A DNA stretch of 32,000 nucleotides from assembly GCA_000025185.1 (NCBI GenBank), contig CP001848.1, positions 5,910,001 through 5,942,000 on the forward strand. The letters run 5' to 3'. Position numbers and translations under genes: made by a program. Positions 24,220 to 32,000 of this stretch are shown piece by piece. The stretch is from Pirellula staleyi DSM 6068. Lineage in GTDB: Bacteria > Planctomycetota > Planctomycetia > Pirellulales > Pirellulaceae. How positions within the stretch are numbered: position 1 is the stretch's first letter; every line of letters starts with the position of its first letter. Under the pieces are notes generated by a model. That model saw only the letters and a program-made list of their open reading frames with translations, had not been told where the DNA came from and did no database searches.

Positions 24220-24932
24220 TGCCGCGACTTTTGGAAGTAAAAGGCCTTACCGCTGGCTACGGCATGATCGAAGTGCTGCACGATATGAGTGTGCACATCG
24301 ATGAAGGGGAAATCGTGACGATCATCGGCGCCAATGGTGCCGGCAAGACGACCACGCTGCATTGCCTGTCGGGACTTGTTCCCGCACGGCAAGGCAAAAT
24401 CCTCTTACGTGGCCAAGAGATTCAAAATCTGCCGCCGCATGAAATCGTGCTGCTGGGACTGAGTCAATCGCCCGAAGGTCGACGCATTTTCCCGCGACTC
24501 TCGGTACTCGAGAACTTGCAGATGGGAGCTTTCACACGCAGCGATAAGCCCCAAATCGCCAAGGATATCGAGCATTGCTACGATCTGTTTCCGATCCTGA
24601 AAGAACGTCAGCAGCAACTGGGCGGAACTCTTTCCGGTGGTGAGCAGCAGATGCTGGCCGTCGCACGAGCGATCCTCAGTCGCCCCAAACTGCTGCTGCT
24701 CGACGAACCTTCCCTCGGTCTGGCGCCGCTGATTGTCCTGAAGATCTTCGAAGTGATTCGCAAGCTCAACCAAGAGGGAATGTCGGTGATTCTCGTCGAG
24801 CAAAACGCCCGCATGGCGCTCAAGCTGGCCCATCGAGGCTATGTGCTCGAAACCGGCCGCATCACCGCCACCGGCAGTGGCCAATCGCTGCTCGACGACC
24901 CCAAAGTGCAAGAAGCCTATCTGGGGCATTAG
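24219..24932 (+). CDS. livF: branched-chain amino acid ABC transporter ATP-binding protein LivF
   Basis: 237 aa. Walker A GANGAGKTT, signature LSGGEQQMLAVARA, Walker B LLLLDEPSLGLAP, and C-terminal DPKVQEAYLG. The start overlaps the livG stop (TGATG). Confidence 0.9.
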   Translation: MPRLLEVKGLTAGYGMIEVLHDMSVHIDEGEIVTIIGANGAGKTTTLHCLSGLVPARQGKILLRGQEIQNLPPHEIVLLGLSQSPEGRRIFPRLSVLENLQMGAFTRSDKPQIAKDIEHCYDLFPILKERQQQLGGTLSGGEQQMLAVARAILSRPKLLLLDEPSLGLAPLIVLKIFEVIRKLNQEGMSVILVEQNARMALKLAHRGYVLETGRITATGSGQSLLDDPKVQEAYLGH

Positions 24933-24963
24933 TCGACGCATCATTTTTTAATGAGCGACGTCG

Positions 24964-26118
24964 TTACTTATACACATGCGGCGGAATGTCGACGTCGTGC
25001 GGTTCTTCGCGAGGGAAGTAACGTTCGACGACATTGAAAAAATCTTCGCGCGTGAAGACGTTGGCCACCATTGCACGGAAGGTGCGAGCACCAGGACGAC
25101 CGGTGGCATAGTTGCAGGCGAACTTGCGCATCAGCAGCGTCCCTTTTTGCTCGCCAAAGCGTGCACAGGTGAGCTCATAATGTCGCAGCATGGTTAGACG
25201 CTGCTCTTCCGCTGTCGGATCGGGAGGAACAGGCTCGCCTCGCAGTGCGGCTGCAGCTTGGCGGAAGAGCCAAGGGCGTCCCATCGAAGCTCGCGCGATC
25301 ATTACGCCGTCGACCCCATAGCGCCGAAACGCCTCGATCACCTTCTCGGGCGAATCGAGATCTCCATTGCCGATCAGCGGAATCTTTTTTAGGTGCGGCT
25401 TAATCTCGGCAATGCGATTCCAGTCGGCAGTTCCGCGAAAGAAATCGGCAGCCGTTCGTCCATGTACGGTGAGAGCGGCAGCACCAGCCGACTCGACAAC
25501 CTTCGCAATCTCGATCGCGTTGATCGCATCGCGCGAGCAGCCTAGGCGAATCTTGGCCGTCACCGGGGTCGGCGCGCATGCCTTCACTACCCGCTCGACA
25601 ATCTGGGCAATTCGATCGGGAAATTTCAGCAAATACGATCCGCTGTGCGCCTTCTCGGTCACATCCTTCACCGGACAGCCGAAGTTGATATCCACCACGC
25701 TCACGTGTAGTTCATTCGCCAAACGCTCTCCCACTTTTGCGAGCGTGGCGGGGTCGTTGTCCCACATTTGCACGGCAAGGGGCCGCGCTTCTTCTTTCAC
25801 TCCCCACAAGCGATCGGGATGCTCTGCCTCGTGCTCGTGCAGCCAGGCAAACCCCGAAGCGTTCACCATTTCGGTCGCTTGGAGCCCAGCGCCGCCAAAC
25901 TCGCGCACCATCTGGCGATAGGCATAGTTGGTATAGCCCGCCATCGGTGCCTGAAGGATTGGGGGATCGACTTTTACCTGCCCGATGTAAATCGGCGGCA
26001 CGTTGAGTCCACCGCCAGGAAGCGGCGCGTAGTAGGCAGGCGATTCGCTACTCGAAGCAGCGAACGCTTGACCATCGGTCACGATAGGTTTTGCCACAGA
26101 GTCTTCTGAATTCGTCAT
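24964..26118 (-). CDS. tRNA-dihydrouridine synthase (Dus family)
   Basis: ILQAPMAGYTNYAYRQMVREFG, DINFGCPVKDVTEKAHSGSYLL, TAKIRLG and LTVHGRTA are Dus TIM-barrel motifs. Start placed at the ATG at 26118 (MTNSEDSV...). Confidence 0.85.
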   Translation of the reverse strand: MTNSEDSVAKPIVTDGQAFAASSSESPAYYAPLPGGGLNVPPIYIGQVKVDPPILQAPMAGYTNYAYRQMVREFGGAGLQATEMVNASGFAWLHEHEAEHPDRLWGVKEEARPLAVQMWDNDPATLAKVGERLANELHVSVVDINFGCPVKDVTEKAHSGSYLLKFPDRIAQIVERVVKACAPTPVTAKIRLGCSRDAINAIEIAKVVESAGAAALTVHGRTAADFFRGTADWNRIAEIKPHLKKIPLIGNGDLDSPEKVIEAFRRYGVDGVMIARASMGRPWLFRQAAAALRGEPVPPDPTAEEQRLTMLRHYELTCARFGEQKGTLLMRKFACNYATGRPGARTFRAMVANVFTREDFFNVVERYFPREEPHDVDIPPHVYK

Positions 26119-26193
26119 ACTGCCAATTCTCAGCCCGAATGTGTGCGCTCGCAAGGAGCATTGTCCCTCGCCCCTGAAAGGATATCGCCCACC

Positions 26194-26799
26194 ATGCAAG
26201 GTTCGCCTGCGGAAGATTCAGCGACGCAAAAACAGGAACTTAGGAAACTGATTCGCCGTAAGCGAGCCGAACTCGATCGGCGTGCCGAGCGCTCGCAAAC
26301 AGTTTGCCAGCGGATCATTGAACTCGAAAGCTATCAAAACGCCTCGCGCGTCCATCTTTACATCGAAGCGGGGAGCGAAGTCGCTACTAAAATGCTGGTC
26401 GCCAGTGCGTTTTCGCTCGGTAAAACGGTCGTGGTCCCTTGGTGTACCTCCGACGACCGGCTCGCTTTTTTCTGGATCCAGTCGACCGACGATCTAACGC
26501 TCGGCAGTCACGGAATCCTGGAACCGTCGCCCGAGATTACGAGTGATTCCTCCCGAAAAGTGCTTCCGGAATCGATTCCGTTTTGGATCATTCCAGGCAT
26601 CGCGTTCGACAAGCAAGGTGGCCGGATGGGACAAGGTCGCGGCCATTACGACCGGGTTTTGTCGACCTTGCCCGCCAGCACCATTACGCTGGGACTCGCC
26701 TTCGACTGTCAACTGGTCGACGAAGTACCACGCGAACCGCACGACCGGCCACTCTCCGGCGTAGCGACTGAAACGGGGCTGTTTTGGCGTGACGCATAA
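26194..26799 (+). CDS. 5-formyltetrahydrofolate cyclo-ligase
   Basis: ELRKLIRRKRAEL..., ...VVVPWC... and IPGIAFDKQGGRMGQGRGHYDRVL (the conserved G.G.GYYDR-type motif) are present. Start placed at the ATG at 26194. Confidence 0.8.
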   Translation: MQGSPAEDSATQKQELRKLIRRKRAELDRRAERSQTVCQRIIELESYQNASRVHLYIEAGSEVATKMLVASAFSLGKTVVVPWCTSDDRLAFFWIQSTDDLTLGSHGILEPSPEITSDSSRKVLPESIPFWIIPGIAFDKQGGRMGQGRGHYDRVLSTLPASTITLGLAFDCQLVDEVPREPHDRPLSGVATETGLFWRDA

Positions 26800-26967
26800 C
26801 GACTTACGAACAGCCTACCCGCTGGCAAATCGAGCCCCGCGATTGTAGGTTAACACCCCCTGCCCTGATGCGCTTTTGCGGCAGTGGAAACCTGAGTTTT
26901 GCCAGGATTCTTTGCTAGAAACTTGCGCCGCCATCGATGGCCCCGCGCAAACGGAGTGACGACTGCC

Positions 26968-28074
26968 ATGAACCCGCTCGATACCGATCTTTCGGCCTGC
27001 CGTGCCCGCCAAGAGCGACTTCTGCACTACATGCACCTGATGCAGTTGGACATGGTAGTGGTGACGCAAATCGAGCATGTGCAGTACCTCGCTGGCCCGA
27101 GATTCGGCTGGGTCTTTTCCCCCGCTGCCGTGCTGCATGCCGACGGCAAGTTGACCCTCGTGGCTCCTGCCAAGCCGACCGTGGAAGCAGCCGCCGACGA
27201 AATCCTGACCTACGACGCACAGTTGCACAGCACCTTGCGTAACGATCAGCGTAAGGCCTCGAGCGAAGTGTTGATGAAGGCGATGCAAAGTCGCCCACTT
27301 GCCGCACGCGTCGGTGTCGAATTTTCTTCGTTTGGTGTCCACATGAGCTGCATTGGCAAAGAGCTCGTCGACATCGAACCAACGCTCTATCGTCTGCGCC
27401 GGAAAAAGGACGACGACGAACTGGCACGCATCTGCCACGCCATTGATGGCACCAAGGCGATGTACAAACTGGCTCGCGAAATCATTCGCCCCGGCATCAG
27501 CGAAATCGAAGTCTTCAATCGCCTGCAAGGGGCAGCTGTCGAGTACTACGGCGAAATGCTCACCGGAACTGGCAACGACTATCAGTGTGGCAGCCGCGGC
27601 GGACCACCGCGCAACAATCGCCTTGCAGAAGCGGGTGAACTTTATATCCTTGACCTCGGCCCGGCGTTTCGCGGCTACTTTGCCGACAACAGCCGCGCTA
27701 TTGCTGTCGATGGTCAGCCGAGCGAACTGCAACTCGCCGCGTGGTCGCAAATCATGCAGGTCTTTAAGCACCTCGAAGCAACCGTGAAGCCGGGCAAGAG
27801 CTGCCGCGAACTGTTCGACGAAGCTCAAGCGATCCTCGACCAATCGCCAATCGGTGTGTTCAACCACCACCTGGGGCATGGCATCGGTCTCTTCCCGCAC
27901 GAAGCGCCACACCTTAACCCCAACTGGGACGATGTGTTTCAAGTCGGCGATGTCTTCACCGCTGAACCGGGGCTCTATGCTCCTGAACTTCGAGCGGGCA
28001 TGCGCATCGAGAACGACTACCTCGTGACCGAAGATGGCGTGAAGCTACTCAGCGATATTCCGCTCGAACTCTAA
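26968..28074 (+). CDS. M24-family metallopeptidase (Xaa-Pro peptidase-like)
   Basis: The pita-bread fold metal ligands are in context: YILDLGPAFRGYFADNSR (D, D), HHLGHGIGLFPHE (H), FTAEPGLY (E) and RIENDYLVT (E). Start placed at the ATG at 26968. Confidence 0.85.
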   Translation: MNPLDTDLSACRARQERLLHYMHLMQLDMVVVTQIEHVQYLAGPRFGWVFSPAAVLHADGKLTLVAPAKPTVEAAADEILTYDAQLHSTLRNDQRKASSEVLMKAMQSRPLAARVGVEFSSFGVHMSCIGKELVDIEPTLYRLRRKKDDDELARICHAIDGTKAMYKLAREIIRPGISEIEVFNRLQGAAVEYYGEMLTGTGNDYQCGSRGGPPRNNRLAEAGELYILDLGPAFRGYFADNSRAIAVDGQPSELQLAAWSQIMQVFKHLEATVKPGKSCRELFDEAQAILDQSPIGVFNHHLGHGIGLFPHEAPHLNPNWDDVFQVGDVFTAEPGLYAPELRAGMRIENDYLVTEDGVKLLSDIPLEL

Positions 28075-28130
28075 TCGCGATCAGCGCGTCCCCAGAGAAC
28101 GAGATCTCGAAGCCACAGGATGGCGCAGCG

Positions 28131-30140
28131 ATGAGTCATGGACTGAATCCCGAACAACAAGAGGCGGTCGATACGCTGCGCGGTCCGCTCCTGGTGCTTG
28201 CCGGAGCTGGTAGTGGCAAAACGCGTGTCGTCACGTTTCGCATGGCCAATCTGATCAAGCATGGCACCCAGCCCGATCGGATTTTGGCTGTCACCTTCAC
28301 CAACAAAGCTGCTGCGGAAATGCAGCATCGCTTGAGCGCGCTGCTCAAAACCAAGTCGAAGATTAAGCCGCAGGTGTCGACCTTCCACTCGCACTGCGTT
28401 CGGCTGTTGCGCCGGCATGCACGTGTGCTGGGCTACCCCGAGAAGTTTGCAATTTACGACCGGGGAGATCAAGAGAGTCTCGCGCGGGGAGTGCTCCGCG
28501 ACATTCGTGTTCCGAGCGATTTGATGCGTCCGGGCGATCTCGTGACGCAAATCGGCAGCTGGAAAACGCTCGGGATTCGCCCGCAAGAGGCCGAGCGTTT
28601 GGCGAGTACCGACAAAGAACATCTCGCCGCATCGGGCTACAAAAAGTATCAGAAAGCACTGCGTCATGCCGGAGCGGTCGACTTCGACGATCTGCTGATG
28701 CTGACTGAAGAACTTTTCAAGATTGCTCCCCAAGTTCGTCAGCAGGAAGCCCGCCAGTTCGATCATCTGCTCGTCGACGAGTATCAAGACACCAATGGTC
28801 TGCAGTACCGCATCATCCGAGCGCTAGCCGACGAGCATCGCAACATCTGCGTGGTGGGAGACGACGACCAGTCGATCTACGGCTGGCGTGGTGCCGAAGT
28901 CAAACACATTTTGCAGTTCAAAAACGATTGGCCCGATGCCAAAGTGGTGCGGCTCGAGTGGAACTATCGCAGCACCAGCGCAATCCTCGAAACAGCCAAC
29001 AAACTGATCGCCTACAACAAGCATCGTCACGACAAAGTGCTGAAGGCAGCCAGGGCGGGTGGCGAACGGCCGCGCATCGAGCAGTATCCCAGTGAGGTGG
29101 AAGAAGCTCGGCAAGTGGTGGCCGATATTGCGTTTCGCCTGAAAGATGGAACGCGCGATCCTCGCGATTTTGCGATCCTGTTTCGAACGAACGAACAGCC
29201 TCGCGCCATCGAAACCGAACTTCGCAAAGCGAAATTGCCGTACGTGATGCTCGGCAGCCAATCGTTCTTCGATCGCAAAGAAGTGCGTGACTTGCTCGCT
29301 TATCTGCGCGCTATCGAGTCTCCTCGCGATGAGGTCTCGATGCTCCGGATCATCAACACACCGCCGCGCGGGATTGGCGAACGAAGTGTCGAAACGGTGC
29401 TTAGTGAAGCAGTCCGCTCCGGAAAAACTGTCTGGGATGTCGTCAGTAATTTGTCCGAAGGACCGACGCTGTTCGGCGATGCCGAAAAGACCACCACACT
29501 TTCCGACAAAAATGTGGCGGCGATTCGCAGTTTCAGCAATCTGATTCAGCGCTACAGCGAGGCGACTGCTCGTGGTGATTCGCTCGCCGAACTCACACGC
29601 AAGCTGATTTCCGAAACAGGCTATGAGCAAGAGGTGCGGCGGATCTACCCCGATCCTGAAGAGCAGCAGATGCGTCTTGCCGCTGTCGAAGAAGTGGTCA
29701 ATAGCGTGGCTGCCTATGAAGCTGAAGAAGAGAAGCCTTCGATCTCCGGCTATCTCGATCAGGTCACGCTCGGACAGCGCGAAATGGGAGACGATAAAGA
29801 GAAGCAACTCGCTCGCAACGCAATCGCGCTGATGACGTTGCATGCCTCGAAGGGGCTAGAGTTTCCACACGTCTACATGATCGGCCTCGAGGATGGCATT
29901 CTCCCCCACTCACGTAGCGTGAAAGCCGATTCGCAAGATCAAATCGATGAAGAGCGACGTCTTTGCTACGTCGGTATCACGCGCGCTCAAGAGCGGCTCA
30001 CGCTGTCGCTTGCCCTGACGCGCATGAAGTGGGGGAAGCCTCGCGATACCACCCCCAGCCGATTTCTGTTCGAAATCATCGGTCAGGCAGATAATCCTCA
30101 CTCGCGCGGCGGAACTCGCCCTCGTAGTTCCAGCCGCTAG
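28131..30140 (+). CDS. UvrD/PcrA/Rep-type ATP-dependent DNA helicase (SF1)
   Basis: LNPEQQEAVDTLRGPLLVLAGAGSGKTRV (motifs Q/I), ILAVTFTNKAAAEM (Ia), LLVDEYQDTN (II), VGDDDQSIYGWRGA (III), NYRST (IV), MTLHASKGLEF (V) and CYVGITRA (VI). Confidence 0.9.
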   Translation: MSHGLNPEQQEAVDTLRGPLLVLAGAGSGKTRVVTFRMANLIKHGTQPDRILAVTFTNKAAAEMQHRLSALLKTKSKIKPQVSTFHSHCVRLLRRHARVLGYPEKFAIYDRGDQESLARGVLRDIRVPSDLMRPGDLVTQIGSWKTLGIRPQEAERLASTDKEHLAASGYKKYQKALRHAGAVDFDDLLMLTEELFKIAPQVRQQEARQFDHLLVDEYQDTNGLQYRIIRALADEHRNICVVGDDDQSIYGWRGAEVKHILQFKNDWPDAKVVRLEWNYRSTSAILETANKLIAYNKHRHDKVLKAARAGGERPRIEQYPSEVEEARQVVADIAFRLKDGTRDPRDFAILFRTNEQPRAIETELRKAKLPYVMLGSQSFFDRKEVRDLLAYLRAIESPRDEVSMLRIINTPPRGIGERSVETVLSEAVRSGKTVWDVVSNLSEGPTLFGDAEKTTTLSDKNVAAIRSFSNLIQRYSEATARGDSLAELTRKLISETGYEQEVRRIYPDPEEQQMRLAAVEEVVNSVAAYEAEEEKPSISGYLDQVTLGQREMGDDKEKQLARNAIALMTLHASKGLEFPHVYMIGLEDGILPHSRSVKADSQDQIDEERRLCYVGITRAQERLTLSLALTRMKWGKPRDTTPSRFLFEIIGQADNPHSRGGTRPRSSSR

Positions 30141-30166
30141 TAGATCTTGCACGAAGCATTTTTGTG

Positions 30167-31645
30167 CTACGTCAGGATCTCTTTCACCACATGTCCCTCA
30201 ACATCGGTGAGGCGGAAATCGCGACCCTGGAACCGATAGGTCAGCTGCTCGTGATTCACTCCCATGAGGTGCAAAATCGTGGCATTCAGGTCGTGAATAT
30301 GGACCGGCTTGTCGACGACGTTGTAGCTGAAGTCGTCGGTCTCACCATGCACCACGCCCGGTTTCACACCAGCTCCTGCCATCCACATGGTGAAGCAGCG
30401 GGGATGGTGATCGCGACCATGATTTTCCTTGGTGAGGGTCCCTTGGCTGTAGACCGTACGGCCAAACTCGCCACCCCAAACGACAAGCGTATCTTCGAGC
30501 ATGCCACGTTGCTTTAGATCCTTCAGCAAACCGGCGGCAGGCTGATCCATGCTCTTGCACAGAAGTGGAATCTGCTTCGGCAAGTTGTTGTGATGATCCC
30601 AGCCTCGCAAAAAGACCTGGGTGAAACGGACACCACGTTCGGCCAAGCGACGTGCGAGCAAACAGTTGTACGCAAAGGTTCCAGGCTCTTTTACTTCCGG
30701 GCCATACAGATCGAGCGTTTCCTGCGTCTCTTTCGAGACATCGACGAGTTCCGGAACCGACGACTGCATGCGATACGCCATCTCGTACTGCGCGATGCGC
30801 GACGTGATTTCGGGATCCCCTACCGCTTCGTACTTCTGCTGATTGAGCTCAGCCAAACCATCGAGCATCTTGCGGCGAGTTTCTTTCGAAACACCACCTG
30901 GATTCGACAGATAAAGGACCGGATCGCCACTACTACGTAGCGCCACACCTTGATGCTTGGTCGGCAAAAAGCCCGATCCCCACAAGCGTGAGAAGAGGGC
31001 TTGGGATGAGGAACCAGGCGCTAGTTTCGAGTGCAGCACGACATACGCTGGCAGGTCTTGGTTTTCACTTCCGAGACCATAACTACTCCAGGCACCCATG
31101 CTCGGCCGACCTGGAATTTGACTCCCCGTTTGGATGTAGGTGATCGCTGGATCGTGGTTGATCGCCTCAGTGTTCATCGTCTTGATGATGGCGATATCGT
31201 CGACCACTTCACCCAGTTTGGGAAGGAGTTCACTGAGCCAGGTTCCGTTCTTGCCGTGCTGAGCAAACTTGAAGGTCGACGGCGCCACAGGCAACCGGGA
31301 TTGCCCCGACGTCATCGTCGTGATGCGTTGTCCTTGACGAATCGATTCGGGCAAATCCTTATCGAAAAAATCAGCCAGTTTCGGCTTATAGTCAAACAAG
31401 TCGAGCTGTGAAGGAGCATCGGCCATGAAAAGCCAAATGACCCGTTTTGCTTTCGGCGCGTGATGCAGCGACTTGAGTGCGCCAAGTGAAACGAGTTCAT
31501 TGGCCGCAGCTACTTTCGCGGCGTCGTCGGCCTGCGAATCGTGTGCAAGGAGCGAGGCTAGCGCTGCGGTCCCGAGACCGTGAGCCATCTTTCCAAAGAA
31601 GTAGCGGCGTGTGTGAGCAGCGAGCAAATCGTCGAACATAGACAT
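30167..31645 (-). CDS. DUF1501 domain-containing protein (sulfatase-like, Tat signal)
   Basis: The N-terminus [34 protein letters not shown] is a Tat-type signal. ...[20 protein letters not shown]... and ...GGEFGRT...GRDHH... are family hallmarks. The protein is a paralog of the truncated gene at 1..955. Confidence 0.9.
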   Translation of the reverse strand: MSMFDDLLAAHTRRYFFGKMAHGLGTAALASLLAHDSQADDAAKVAAANELVSLGALKSLHHAPKAKRVIWLFMADAPSQLDLFDYKPKLADFFDKDLPESIRQGQRITTMTSGQSRLPVAPSTFKFAQHGKNGTWLSELLPKLGEVVDDIAIIKTMNTEAINHDPAITYIQTGSQIPGRPSMGAWSSYGLGSENQDLPAYVVLHSKLAPGSSSQALFSRLWGSGFLPTKHQGVALRSSGDPVLYLSNPGGVSKETRRKMLDGLAELNQQKYEAVGDPEITSRIAQYEMAYRMQSSVPELVDVSKETQETLDLYGPEVKEPGTFAYNCLLARRLAERGVRFTQVFLRGWDHHNNLPKQIPLLCKSMDQPAAGLLKDLKQRGMLEDTLVVWGGEFGRTVYSQGTLTKENHGRDHHPRCFTMWMAGAGVKPGVVHGETDDFSYNVVDKPVHIHDLNATILHLMGVNHEQLTYRFQGRDFRLTDVEGHVVKEILT

Positions 31646-31658
31646 AAAATATTCTCCA

Positions 31659-31699
31659 CAAGTGCTTGAACTATTTCTTCAAATTCCTTCAAGCACTTG
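31659..31699 (-). other. perfect 12-bp inverted repeat (hairpin) between the PSD1 gene and the DUF1501 gene
   Basis: CAAGTGCTTGAA-(17 nt)-TTCAAGCACTTG, read directly. It occupies most of the 76-nt intergenic spacer. Confidence 0.5.
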
Positions 31700-31721
31700 G
31701 CGATGATTCTGGAAGAGTGAT

Positions 31722-32000
31722 TTATTCCTTCGTCACGACTTCGTCGAGATTCAGGACCAGGTTGCTCACCATCGTCATCGCGGCGAGACTTGTGACATCG
31801 AGGCTAGCGTCGCGCGGGCTCGCGCCAGTGGCAATCAGTTTTTCAGCAGCCGGTTTGTCGGCGGTGTAGTCGGCCAAGTGGGCCTCGTACATTCGGAGCA
31901 AAACTGCTTGCTCGGCTTCGGTAGGAACTCGCCCGGTCGCGATGCGGAAGGCAAACTTCAGCTGATCGGCGGCTGCAGTTCCCCCTTCTTTCATCGAGCG
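31722..32000 (-). CDS. DUF1553 (PSD1) domain protein, C-terminal fragment; the gene continues beyond the window end
   Basis: The frame is open to position 32000. The C-terminus ...AMTMVSNLVLNLDEVVTKE parallels ...[12 protein letters not shown] of the gene at 975..3500. A DUF1501 gene follows. Confidence 0.8.
   Translation of the reverse strand, partial: RSMKEGGTAAADQLKFAFRIATGRVPTEAEQAVLLRMYEAHLADYTADKPAAEKLIATGASPRDASLDVTSLAAMTMVSNLVLNLDEVVTKE

Noticed and set aside
26815-27942. 375-aa minus-strand ORF
   Set aside because: It is fully antisense to the M24 peptidase gene. That gene's plus-strand frame carries all five metal-ligand motifs, while the minus-strand ORF has no motifs. It is a typical GC-rich shadow ORF.
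28824-29843. 339-aa minus-strand ORF
   Set aside because: It is antisense to the helicase gene, which shows the ordered SF1 motifs I-VI on the plus strand.

Overview
Moderately GC-rich chromosomal segment. Its gene content points to Planctomycetota, probably a Pirellulales-type genome: two PSCyt/DUF1549/DUF1553 + DUF1501 gene pairs, an SHD1-domain protein and a ThuA-like protein. This is inferred from family content only; no search was run. I call 25 protein-coding genes, two of them cut by the window edges. I found no rRNA, tRNA, CRISPR array, transposase, integrase or phage genes.

Layout:
- 1-3500: PSCyt/PSD1 + DUF1501 pair (minus strand).
- 3860-7110: three secreted or anchored proteins, namely a hypothetical, a ThuA-like protein and a P/A-rich SHD1 protein.
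- 7565-9985: orphan cytoplasmic PAS-GAF-PAS-PAS histidine kinase.
- 10339-12316: ABC ATPase + ABC-2 permease.
- 12382-18860: minus-strand Fe-S assembly cluster, in the order SufR-like regulator, NuoB homolog, sufC, sufB, sufD, Rieske-DUF59 fusion.
- 19388-24932: LIV-type amino-acid ABC operon (lipoprotein SBP, livH, livM, livG-like, livF).
- 24964-30140: housekeeping genes (Dus, 5-formyl-THF cyclo-ligase, M24 peptidase, UvrD/PcrA-type helicase).
- 30167-32000: second DUF1501 + PSD1 pair.

The window looks mostly core rather than accessory. The most unusual items are:
1. A LivG-type ATPase split by a ~190-aa insertion bounded by two predicted transmembrane helices.
2. A suf cluster that contains an orphan NuoB homolog and ends in a Rieske-DUF59 fusion, with no cysteine desulfurase.
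3. An SHD1 protein whose disordered P/A-rich arm carries repeated DDPF/DLF motifs.
4. Several recurrent intergenic motifs and hairpins.

All calls rest on reading the translations and the DNA by eye. No database search or structure prediction was possible.
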